Source of the DNA: Balanoglossus misakiensis
Lineage: Eukaryota; Animalia; Hemichordata
Reading direction: 5' to 3'
Length of the DNA stretch: 64,000 bases
Assembly (NCBI GenBank): GCA_040954595.2
Contig: CM082584.2
Location: forward strand, 8,385,146-8,449,145
Shown: positions 52,239 to 64,000 of the stretch, piece by piece
Layout: every line of letters begins with the position of its first letter
Numbering within the stretch: the stretch's first letter is position 1
The notes under the pieces: generated by a model
Database searches by the model: none
Told to the model about the DNA's origin: nothing
The model's input: the letters and a program-made list of their open reading frames with translations, nothing else
Translations under genes and position numbers: made by a program

Positions 52239-53790
52239 ATGACGACGCAAGAAAAGAAACAGGAAGCCAAACGAAGAAGGAGACGCAGATTCTCCACCAC
52301 CTGTCAGGTAAACTTCTGTCTGACCCTCGTCGTGGTCGTCTACCTGTGCGGCGGCGCCTACATCTTCATGGTGATAGACGCCCCCTACCGGCAGGGCACC
52401 CCGGACACCGTGACCAAGTCGCAGAACCAGCTTCTCGGCCAGCTGTGGGATCTCAGGGTGGCCGACCACGAGAACTGGACCAGTGAGATCGGCGCCCTCC
52501 TCGCTGAATACGAAAGTTCTGTCATCGATCACTATGAGGCTACGTCCTCCTGGCGCCCGTGGGACTTCTCCACTTGTCTGTACATGACGCTCATGGCGAT
52601 AACAACTATTGGTGAGTTACAACCATACCTGTAAAGTAGTTCACTATGTATATTAAACAAACGACGGAGTAGATAAAAAGCAATAAATACATCATACGAC
52701 ACTGAGAGACGATTAAAATATGGACCCAAGTCTACTAAATTTAATATCAATTTAACAGGAATATGGTTTTATAATTGAAACAGTCTGCGTGGTTGACGAA
52801 GAGTATCACTGTCTAGGAGCATTTGAAGTGCAATTGGCCGAAGTTGCTCTGCGATGAACCATGGCATTCTATTCCGTCGTCCTTTACTGAACAAACGAAA
52901 ATATAAAGAATTGATGTTCTCTTCTTCCAGGTTATGGTGACATTGCTCCGATCACCCAGACGGGAAGATTCTTAATGTTTATCTACTCTGTAATTGGCGT
53001 GCCTCTGAATTTACTATTTCTGTCCAATTTCGGCATCCTCCTGGCGTCCTTCACTTCGAAGAGGTTTAAACTGAAGAAAATCGGGAAAGTCGTGAAGAAA
53101 GCGGCGAGGAAGACCGGCAGACGACTGAACAATAATAATGTGAAAGCGGACGCGAACGGAGAGAGCGTTAAACAGAACGGGAGCAAGCTTGGGGGTGTGC
53201 AGAGCGAGTCACGAGACAATTGTAATCAGTCGAACGGCGTGAAGCCCGACAACAAGTACATATACACCTCGACGGCGGAACAGCGGGTGGAGATTGTTGG
53301 CGAGAATTTACAACGTGACTACGACGTTGAAATCCAGACGGCCGACGACGTGTCAGATGATCCCGATAACGCGCCAATCATCGACCCGGACCCCGAAGCC
53401 AAGGGCAAGGCCCTGGGCGCGCTGTCGGTGATTTACGTCCTCTACACCGTCCTGGGCGGCGTCTTCATGTACTTCACGGAGTACGACTGGACGTACGTCG
53501 ACTCCATCTACTGCACGTTCATCTCGCTGGCGACCATAGGCTTCGGGGATCTCATCCCGGGCGGCGGCGTGCTCAGAGAGTACCCCGTACTTCGACCGGT
53601 CGTCTATCTACTCTTCACCTACATCGGCCTGATAATATTCTCGGCCTGTTTCGCTCTCTCCGTGGAAAAGATCAGATACATCGCCAGGAAGATTCGTCGG
53701 AGACTTGAGAATTCGGGTCTCTCGTGTAGCTGCTCGCTTGGGTGCGGCTGCGAACAAACCGATGCCAACGAAGGGTCTACTATGCTTTAG
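52239..53790 (+). CDS. Two-pore-domain (K2P/KCNK) potassium channel, exons 52239-52611 and 52931-53790
   Basis: M1 YLCGGAYIF; P1 WDFSTCLY..ITTIG|YGDIAPIT with the intron inside the filter codon, as is typical; M2 YSVIGVPL; P2 WTYVDSIY..SLATIGFGDLIPG; M4. Confidence 0.93.
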
Positions 53791-54507
53791 ATTTAGGTAG
53801 CAATGCCATGGATAAACGTAGCCTCACAGCTACATTTTGTGTATGAAAACCCAGCATTGCGACCGCTCATTTTCATTACCCAATTTTAAGAGAAAATAAA
53901 CAATTTAAAGTTGCTTGAGCAAAATATGAGAAAAGGTTAAAGGCCGATTTTGGAAGCCCCCGGATATGCCACTCCAGGTCAGAGTTCACAATGAAATAGT
54001 GTCGTCTATCGAACATTACTGAGGAGATAAAGGGGCCACGTTAATCTTTAATGTAATTTATATCGCATGATATACTGGAAGGTTAAATCAAATCACCCCG
54101 CGATAAACGTGCTAAATCATATGGCTAAATCTTGTGGGGGTAACATCTTAACTGTACAATGGAAGAATTTCTTCCATTGAAGTTGCACCTTTCTGTATCA
54201 TTTAATCAGCGGACAGGTAATTTATTGAATTATAATTTGTACTTTCGTCCATAGTACGATCACGTCATAATAGTTCTCCATTCTCTACAGTAACGTCGGT
54301 GGCAAATAAATACAAAATGACATATTTTTATCCTGTTTCCTTAGCAACAGAGTCAAATATGTACCATAAAGTTACAAATGTCGTCAGGCACATGTATATC
54401 CCCAACAAACGGGTGACATTTGTTGGTCAAGTCCATTTGGGGGGGGGGGTGCGATGACGTATATTCGAGAAGGAATTCCAAATAAGGGTACCGTTATTTT
54501 GATCAAT

Positions 54508-56280
54508 CTAGGCGGCCTTGTTGCTGACTTCCCGTCGTTCCTTCTTCATCCGCGCCATCTGCTTGGTGGCGCCGCGAACCAGGCGGGTAAACCACATGGT
54601 GTTGAGTATGTCCAAAACCACGCTGCAGACGAGCCACGACACCCTTATGTTCGCTGACAATCGGTAGAATTCTGGAGTGGCCCACGACCGGTAGACCATG
54701 AAGTAGTACACGGGCATCGCGGCTATTCGGCAGCCGAAGAAAGCGATCGTCATGACAACGCCGCTCACGACGACAGACGGGTGGTCCTTCGGATACCCGG
54801 CTGCTATGAGAAGGCACCTGCAAATTGAAACGCGACGAATCATCATGTAAATGGATTTTGCTTACTTTTCTCTTGTGACAAAACATACCCTGAGATTTTG
54901 ATTCGATAGAAAACACAAGGTTCTTTCGTTTGCGAACAACGAGGACTACTTTCTTACCACGACACGACCATGGGTTGGAAGCATGTGACCGTGTATGTAG
55001 TATTGCGCTGCGTAATTCAGTGGCTCTCGACGGTGTTGTCGGGAGTGTGAAGGTTCCGTTTCTATAAGGGGAAATCTTATTCCCTACCGAACACAACTAA
55101 CAATAACGTTAACAATTTCAACTTACCATGTGTTTATGAATGGAGTTGATAATTCGGCTAACAACCGAAATGCAGTGAAGTACGGCAAAGCACCAAACAA
55201 CTAAGAGATAAAAGAAATGTTCGGATTTGTGAAAGTTAGGCCCTAAGCAGGGAAATGGCATGCAGAAACTTTTTCTTGGGGAGACGATAGGCTCGATAAA
55301 ATCTACAGTGACCAGAGAAACTGATCAGCCCTTGAAATATTCAGAGATGAAAGTAACGTTACCAGAACGTGTGCAGCAGCGAACGCCACAACCAAGTGGT
55401 GAATTCCGTACGCAATGGCGTCATTGATCGAAAAATCTATCACGACAAATATTAAATCTGGAAAACGAAAAAATAGGAACTTTAGATAAGCTTAATTCTA
55501 TCCCATTTGATAAAGAACCCCTGCTTGCGTTCTTGGCACAAATTGCACGGTCGGGCACTGATGATTGAGACAAGAGTGACAACGGGACAGACAAGGCATG
55601 CACGAATGGCTTACAAACCCAGTCGCAGAGGGCGTACTCGATCTGTTCGTCCACATTTATTCTATGCAAAATAAAACCGCACCAAACTTACGCACCTGCT
55701 AACATATACCCAATTATTACAGCGCTTGCATACTTGGTCGCCGTAGCTTCCTCGTGACCCCTGAAAAAAAAATGAAACCATCATGCATCAACCGTGTACT
55801 CAAGCACGCAGCATTGACAGGTGGCATTATGCATACAAGCAAAGGATTTAAATAAAACCAGAGTGTCTCACCAGATTGGGTTGTCTTGCATTGTGGTGTT
55901 CCATATTAAATCGTATGTAACAAGGCAGGTCACCAGAGAGGCGTTTATGGTGGAATAAATTCTGCAGACAATAAGAATTAAGTATCGATTATTGAAAACA
56001 TCGTGTCATGCATAGTACATTGTATTTGAATATTTTTGCATTTGTTCTATTATACAAATCCAGTTGAGTCACATGTCGGGATTTTTTGTGGTAGAGTTTA
56101 CCTAGTGTTCCAGTCGGCTCGCTGCTTTGGTGAGAAACTTGAATATTTTTTGCAGAACTTTCGAGACCACAGCGGCGTAACAACGTAGTATGACGCGACA
56201 GTAGCCAAGAACGATACCACCGCTACTGGAACAAATCGGTAATAGAGGTTCTCGTACAGGTCACCGGTTGATAAATCCAT
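54508..56280 (-). CDS. TLCD4: TLC domain protein, TLCD4/TMEM56-like, paralogue A (6 coding exons)
   Basis: DWNTR|IYSTINA..DNPIW|..IGYMLA|DL..IHHL..|FGALPYF..FRLLAELSTPFIN|..FFGCRI..VLDILNTMWF; same exon plan as paralogue B. Confidence 0.85.
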
Positions 56281-58063
56281 TTTCCCGATTTTGGGACGGC
56301 GAGGTGGGTATTTTCCAGTGCTCGACTGCTGTCAACGTTGATGAGCTCTGTCGGAAAAAAAAAAGTAAAAAGTGGGTTTGACTGCAGCCATTGATTGACG
56401 TCCAAGGTTAGACGAAAGTCGGAAATATCTAACCCCAATGCGTAAAACTTCTAAAAGTTTAAGCGCAGTTTGCGCGGCGAACACATAATGAGATTGTCGG
56501 AGACTTTACTATAAATACCAATTGGTATAATTAAACATAAATTAACTCTACCTTGCCACATGTCTCTCCAAAGAACGCATTCTATCCGCCGTTGAGAACA
56601 ATTGATGATTTTTTCGCGCATTATGTGCGATCACGCGGGACTTGGTTATTTACCGTAGCAACGGGTTGCAAGCAAAGCAGTTTAGGCCACACTTTGTGTG
56701 GAACTACATAGAACAGGTTCAGAATTTGACAAAACTGTAACTTTTGTGCAGTTTAACGCGATTGGCCATGCGTTGTTTGCCGCGTGTCACACGAGGAATG
56801 TCTTCCCTTGCACCTGGAACTGCCTACCCACGCGAGACACTAGTCTGATCTCGCAGAGTCTCGTGGAGTTTGGAAAACACAGATTTTCTATGTGTGGGCG
56901 AGCGAAAAAAATGCTCCCGTTATGGCCATTCGAGGATTTGACCACGTTCCTTTGGTCATATACGGACATAATGTAAACTGCGTCGTGTTTTTAAGAGTAG
57001 AAGCCCATCTCCGAGAGCCCATCAATTGTACTGAGAGAAGTTTCAACACTGAAGAACACGCGCCCTTCGAGCAACCATAGACATACTGTCTATGGAGCAA
57101 CGTAACACAGAAGCATTGTTTTCAGACCCGTATCCCCCCTCCCCACTCCGCCCATCATATATATATATATAGGCAAAGCACTTTACCTCAACGGACGGTG
57201 GTAAAGTTAATCACGTCACCAAATGTCTGGTAATGGAGCACCCCACTGTTAGCAACAGAGTTGGGCAGGCAGCTTACCTCAGTCTCCCCTCTGCTGTCGA
57301 AGTCGACGTTATCGAGTGAAAAAAAGTGCGATTGTAGTTTCACAGTGCAAGATATGATCGGCCCACTGCGATATATTACATAACACCATTACCCGTACAG
57401 CTGATAGCCACAGCCATCGACCGGTGATAACAACTCTTGCTCAATCACGTTGTCTATGGTGCATTAAATACCCGACCTAGAAAAATCGAACCGCCTCTAT
57501 CATTTTATTTATCAAGTATGGCGTAATAAGTAGCACATGAAAATAGACACGTAAATAGCATCCGTTATGTAACAGTAGTAACGTGGGAGTAGTGAGCCCG
57601 GACAATCAACGGTATTAGTCACCCCATAGCCTTGTTTGTTTAACGGTATTAGTCACCCCATTCCCCTGGTTGTGTAACGGTAATAGACGTTCTGAAAAGC
57701 CATTTCAATTAAACCGTTTTTCTGAAACATTTACACCACTGTCATTAGTTGCTATGATTACACAGACATAAATGGCCGCGCCTGCACTGGCAATTTTCCG
57801 TTCAATTTATTCATAAAACAACGAAATTAAACTTTGAACCAAATCTGCCTTGTTTTTATCTTACAGTTCATTGATATTTACTGGAGCTTGGAGAATGCTG
57901 GCAGTTTTTTTAATACAATCACAATAACTATACAGTGAATGCTTATATTAGTCAAAAAACAGCCTAAAAAGAACATGCAAATACTGGTACATGACATTAT
58001 AGAACAACTAACTAAAAATGCACTATAAACTTAAAAAGTGAGTTTTTTCACATAGATTTATAT

Positions 58064-58691
58064 TTAAGCAATAAAACACCCCCAGCCATGGTATACCACG
58101 AGATTTTGACCAGTTCACGACATATACGCACGAGCGATAGCGAGTGCGTATATGGAGTTGAACTGGTCAAAATCGAGTGGTATACCATGGCTGGGGGTGT
58201 TTTATTGCTATTATATTATGCCAGTATATTGAAACTTTGCATGAAACATTTTAAAAAGGCATTTTCTTTAACTATGATATATGACTGTGGTATATGGCTA
58301 ATATATCACGGTCACGTGTCGTGTCTCGACCAATCAAATAGCGTGATTTACACCATCAATATACTGGTATAATATAATTAAGCAATAAAACACCCCCAGC
58401 CATGGTATATCACGAGATTTTGACCAGTTCACGACATATACGCACGAGCGATAGCGAGTGCGTATATGGAGTTGAACTGGTCAAAATCGAGTGGTATACC
58501 ATGGCTGGGGGTGTTTTATTGCTATTATATTATGCCAGTATATTGAAACTTTGCATAAAACATTTTAAAAAGGCATTTTCTTTAACTATGATATATGACT
58601 GTGGTATATGGCTAATATATCACGGTCACGTGTCGTGTCTCGACCAATCAAATAGCGTGATTTACACCATCAATATACTGGTATAATATAA
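58064..58691. mobile_element. Head-to-tail dimer of a 314-bp palindromic non-autonomous element (Crypton-like/MITE-like)
   Basis: Units 58064-58377 and 58378-58691 differ at about two positions. Each has a ~145-bp hairpin AGCAATAAAACACCCCCAGCCATGGTATA...TATACCATGGCTGGGGGTGTTTTATTGCT and a second small hairpin GTGGTATAT..ATATATCAC. Confidence 0.7.
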
Positions 58692-60162
58692 TATACAATA
58701 ATCAACTTAAAATAATACCTTGTTAATTTTCATGGAAATCTATGCCTGTGCATTCTGGCAGAGCAATATACAATGGCAATACTCTACTTCCATGGATTGG
58801 CAAAGCTCAGCATCATAATGAATTGCACATATACAAATATACCTTGGAAAATCGGAAATTTCCAGTTTGATCCAACATGCACCATTGCTTTTGCATTTTT
58901 TGTTGTAAAGGGAGAAAGTCCCTCTCTTGCTGCCCTTTTTTCCAATAAATATATTTGATACAAGACACTGTTTATGTTATTCTACATGTTACATGTGGAT
59001 ATATAGTTAATCAGCGTTCGAACGCACTCAACTTTCATTCCACTAGTAGACACGAGAGTGAAAAACTCGCACAAATTTTGGCAAGATTTTTGCTCTCATA
59101 TCCTACAAACAGGATGGAAGGTGTGTGTGTAATTAATGGAAAAAGGGCAGCGAGAGAGAGACTTTGTCCCTTTAAGGGGCTTAGAGAGCAACATTCAATA
59201 TCTACAACTTGCATCTTTTTTTGTGTGTGCATAGCCTGCGATTGTATTAAATTCTGGGCACACAGCTTACAATTAAGTCATTTGCTTGCAATACTATAAA
59301 CTACTTTGAAAGTTAACATTGTAAATGATGCCTGCTGTAGCCTTTATGTCACATGTTAATGAAAAAAAAATCTGACTGTATTGCGATAAAGTCTCTTATC
59401 TGATATCAAAAATTTGATGTTTAGTAAGTCGGACAAAACTACACATTGACCAAACTATGGAATGAGGAAGTGAAGAGTATGGTACGGTATTCATGACTTG
59501 ACAATTAACACGGTTTGGCCGAGCCACAGCAGACAAACACTGAGTGGGATTTCACTGCCCACACGCTTCCCTGAATTGAGAGAAGGGACACAACTTCCAT
59601 CCCGTAACATGGCATCCTGGGCGACTCAATGCAATCCTGGGCTGCACGGGTGAGTGTATGTTAGTGCCACAGGAGACTCAAATTGTACAGTGATCAGGGA
59701 ATGTACCACAAACTGATGCAGTGGGGTGTGGTGTAATGAGGTGTGAACTGTGATGCCTGTATGTGACACGTTGAAACTACAAACAAATTGAAATCCAACC
59801 GAATCATAACTGAAGATAATATTACACAGTGTTGTAAGGTTACACCTGCTAATAAAATTTGTCATCAAAGGAAGTTGCATTGATCAACATTTTGAAAGTT
59901 TTTTGGGGGGCTTAAAGGTATACAATCGCCTCTATGGTTTAAAGGGCATGTATATGTCTTACATCAACCTGTGGGGGTGCACTTTTTTGTGTGTGACCAC
60001 CCCTAGGGTTGATCTCAACTTGTCATGGTATAGCTAATTGTATAGGTTACCGTATACCTTTAAGAAGAGGGTAGGTTGCGTTTATATTTTGAAGTGAGAT
60101 ACGGTCGCTTTGCGAAAGCGACACAGCGCCCCCCCCCCCCCCCCCCCCCACCCCTCAATTCC

Positions 60163-62029
60163 TCAGGCAGCCTTCTTGTTGTTGATGTGCGGCTGTTTCT
60201 TCAGCAGCAGCTTCTTCAGACCCCGGTAGATCTTGGAGAACCAGTAGACGTTGATGACGTCCAGGGTGGCGCTGGCAAGCACCCAGGAGACGCGCATGCC
60301 CCAGGAGAGCTGGTAGAATTCCGGGGTGCCCCACACCGAGTACATGGTGTAGTAGTAGACGGGCATGACGGCCATCCTCACCAGGAAGAAGGACACGCTC
60401 ATGGCCACGCCGTTGAAGATCAGGTAGGGGTTATTCTTGGGGTAGCCTAACACGTCCAAGAACCACCTAGGAGGATGAGCATGAGATAAAACGATGTAAC
60501 GAAACATATTTGGGATAGGACCAGTACTTGCTGTGTATTAGTAGTACTAGTCTAGTACATGTATGTTGCAATCTGAAAATGTACTCTTCACAATCCAATA
60601 TTGCCCAGACAAGGGTGCCCTCTATAAGAAACACATTCTTGAAAACTTGGCATTGATACTGAAAACTGTCTGGAGTTCAGAAAATATTTCATTCTGCGTC
60701 ACCAATTAATTTTCCTACCTTTCATTGACAAATGGCGTTGACAATTCAGCGATGAGACGGAAATTAGCAAAATACGGTAATGCACCATAGAGCTGAAAAA
60801 CAAGCAAGAAAATAAGTGGCTATATCAAAGACTTATTTCACATTTGCAGTAGGAAATGTGTCACCATGAAAATCATTAACACGATCCATGTATAGGACCT
60901 ACAAATGTAACCAGCCTATCACTCACTCACTTTTTCATTCACTCTCACTGACTCACTCCCCCTCATTTTCTCTGACTCCCTACTCACTCACTCCCTAACT
61001 CATATGTACTCACTCACTCACTCACTCATCTACACATCCCACTCTCTCTCTGTATATCAGTCAGTCTCATTTCTCAGAGTTAATCACCACAGAAATTGCC
61101 CTTACCAGTGTGTAGGTGTAGGCATACACAGCGGCTAAGTGGTGCAGAATGTAAAACGCAGCCTCTGATAGTGGGAAGTGGCAAAGCATGATCATGAGAT
61201 CTGAAACAGAAAACAACCTGATTACTGTACAGCTACTTGATAATATGTACAGTAATACAAGTACTGACAGAAGAAGAAAAAAATCCCCAACAACCAAATA
61301 AACTTCTGTCTGCAGTCTTGATAATTTCAAATACTTCATCAATCGTACGTACCTGCCAGAACATATCCTGCTGTGATTGCACAGTTAAACTTGGGGAGTT
61401 TGCACTTACACCTGTATTTCATCAAAGAAGAAGAGCTTTACACATTTGACACATATCTTTCTGTTAGATATTTTGAAAATGGATTCATCATCTATAATGT
61501 GCATATATTTATGAACAGTTTGTGCATGTATTTTGGTAACCAGTGCACACATATCTGAGTGATATCACTACCACGACATCGTCAAAAGATGGAAGGCGAG
61601 GGAGATTAATTAAAATTCACATACCAGATAGGATTCTTTTGACTGTCTTCATCATACAGCAATATGTAGACACACAAAGTGCTGACTATCAGGGAATGAA
61701 CTGTGGACACTGTCCTGTATGACGAAAGTAACAAAGCATATGTGGGTTGTTAGTACAATTTTGCCATCCTGCCAAATCGGTTGAAACCAAGCCTAACCTG
61801 CCTAAGTATGTGTGACTCAGCAGGACCTTAGTATGTACATGTATGAACAATCCTCAATCTCAAGATTGGTACAAGGGGATTACCTGGTGTTCCAGTCAAC
61901 CTGCTGCTCCTGTGTCAGTTTCCTGTAGCCGTTACAAATGTACTCAGACACCATGGGACTCACAAAGTAATAGAGGCCAGCCGACACTCCGAAGGTTGCC
62001 ACGACGACCGGCAAGTACTCTAAATCCAT
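60163..62029 (-). CDS. TLCD4: TLC domain protein, TLCD4/TMEM56-like, paralogue B (6 coding exons)
   Basis: MDLEYLPVV..DWNTR|TVSTVHSL..KNPIW|..ITAGYVLA|DL..FYILHHLAA..|YGALPYFANFRLIAELSTPFVNER|WFLDVLGYPK..NGVAM..FFLVRM..LDVINVYWFSKI. Confidence 0.93.
60918..61050. repeat. Degenerate (CACT)n/CT-rich simple repeat, intronic
   Basis: Runs of CACTCACT and CTCT in an intron of TLCD4 paralogue B. Confidence 0.8.
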
Positions 62030-64000
62030 CCTGGAAATACTGGGTTGTCCTGTGAAGATGTAAAACAGATATCTGATGTCAACATGGTTGTTTGATATGG
62101 ACCACAATGGCAGGTAACAGATGGCCTGTGCTTTAGAATACCAGTAGTACTACAACACATACATGATACATGCAGCATAAAATTGTCAATGGATTTAAAG
62201 TCTTTCCTTATTCTATGGATTCTGTACGCACTTACACTATACACCCAAGCTGTACCTATTGAATGTGAAATACTCATAAATTCATAAATTCTCACTTGTT
62301 CTAATGTAAGGTATGTTCAAGAGATAACCCAGTCTAAACTGTCTGACATCCATGTATTTTGCATGTGTACAAAAACAGCACTATGAATTATGATAAGGGA
62401 CCTGTATTTTTTATACTAAATATAGTTGAAAATGTACCTTTGGACACCATTGTTAGAATGAGTTCAGACCATAATTCACTTCTATACTGTAAATGTATGA
62501 AGTTCAAAGAACACCTTCAAAGAATACAGCCACCTCTAATTTACATACGTTCATTGCAAATTGATGTGCCCATTTTTGTGTGGCCACCCACTGAAAATCT
62601 GTTATTAGCTAGATCTCAACTTTCCACGGTAACTGTGGCTAAATTTGCATAGGTGACTGTATGTGTGACAGTGTAGAGGTTTGATAGGGCAAAGTGTGTC
62701 GAAATATAAGCTTTATCAAAACGAAACGCTACGTCATTGTTCATGAACATGTATTTGATTCTTCGATAATGCTGATCAGATTACAGTACATGTATATGTA
62801 CAGTACCACAGAGACAAAATATAACATGGCTAGTGCAAGAAAAATGCAGACTCAGCACTTTATACCATATTTTTACACTCTATACTTAAAAAGTTACAAC
62901 CTGTTTCTAGTTATTTGTGTTTAAAACTCATTCATGTACAACATGTATTTTTTTTGTTAATAATAAATCTGATTGAAATTAATATTAAAGATTGAAATAT
63001 TTTACTACAATTTACCAGTATGCCGCACACTATGATACAGGCACACTGTATATGATATGAATATCACACATCTACATGCATAGTGGAGGAATAATTTGAT
63101 AAATGGTATTTGAGCACTTCAGGTTATTAAGTGTGTATACATGTATGACTGTCATTCCACAAGTTAAACATACACTTCATATTAGAGTATCATCAATTGT
63201 GTGATATGATATAGTGAAGGAATTGTAATAGATCACCTATGTGGGAAATAGCCATCATTGGCATTCTGGGGCTTGTGTATATATTTGCCTAATTATTAGT
63301 CACTGATTGTTACTGGGTATCATCACCATCTGATTGATCAAGCGCAAACACATTTCAAGAGCAAAGGTCAAGAATCCATATGCAGAGACCATCAAAGTAC
63401 ATCTTCTGAGTCAACAAGCCACTTACATGTATAACGTATGTACTATGCACAATGCACAATTATATGAATGATTTTTACAAAAAATGTGTGGAGTGACCGG
63501 AGTTATGAGAGGGATGTGGATTCATTTATCAAGTATACATATATGTACATGTATGTTCATTTCATTGTTATGCTTGGCAGGTACCGGTAATATGCAATCA
63601 GGCACTTGCATGTAAGGTTTGAGTAATCCAATCTTGTGTTTAATTAATATACATTTTGTAAGCTGTGGGGGAAATCTACTACATATTTTATCATACATAC
63701 ATGTATGTGTGCATATACATGTACCTGTATATAATTGACTAGCCTGTTTGTAAATGAAAGTGTTTTGTTTACAAATGGTGGGGGTACTTATATTACATCT
63801 TTCATGTACACCAAGCTTTCAATAAATTTACAGCAAGGAAACGTCAGGTCATGGAGATTTAAAAAAAGTACTAATTAAAGTAAAAAGAATATGCCTTTAC
63901 TTGAACTGACTTTACACTCTCCAACAACAAACAATTCAACATTTTAATAATTTCAGTGATAATGAGTGACACAATACGTTACTACCTTACATGAATATTG

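Noticed and set aside
57608-57685. Short direct repeat AACGGTATTAGTCACCCCAT (two copies plus a partial third)
   Set aside because: Too short and low-copy to assign a function; probably local slippage duplication.
58088-58686. Two near-identical 94-aa ORFs
   Set aside because: By-products of the duplicated palindromic repeat; no coding or splice support.

Overview
Gene-dense, intron-containing animal genomic DNA; by gene content and intron size it is probably a marine invertebrate deuterostome (inference). Recognisable spliced genes in order: a PIDD/DTHD1-like UPA-ZU5-ZU5-UPA-death-domain gene (+), EBNA1BP2/EBP2 (-), PLEKHJ1 (+), YTHDC1 (-), an intronless orphan ORF (+), CFAP144/FAM183 (-), FZR1/Cdh1 (+), a 63-aa secreted peptide gene (+), a ~21-finger C2H2 zinc-finger gene (+), an 86-aa six-cysteine secreted protein gene (+), a stathmin-domain gene (+), a K2P channel (+) and two tandem TLCD4/TMEM56 paralogues (-). 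The window also holds a 4.7-kb palindromic (foldback) DNA transposon derivative, probably Academ, built from two inverted copies of the same transposon end, and a tandem dimer of a 314-bp hairpin element. The best leads are the two small secreted-protein genes the ORF track does not assemble, the foldback element just behind the zinc-finger gene's polyA signal, a GGACU-enriched intron in the m6A reader YTHDC1, the HFS-bearing death-domain protein with an extra N-terminal UPA domain, and the intronless ORF with a possible deamidase-like fold. All exon boundaries and motif counts were read by eye; no database searches were run.
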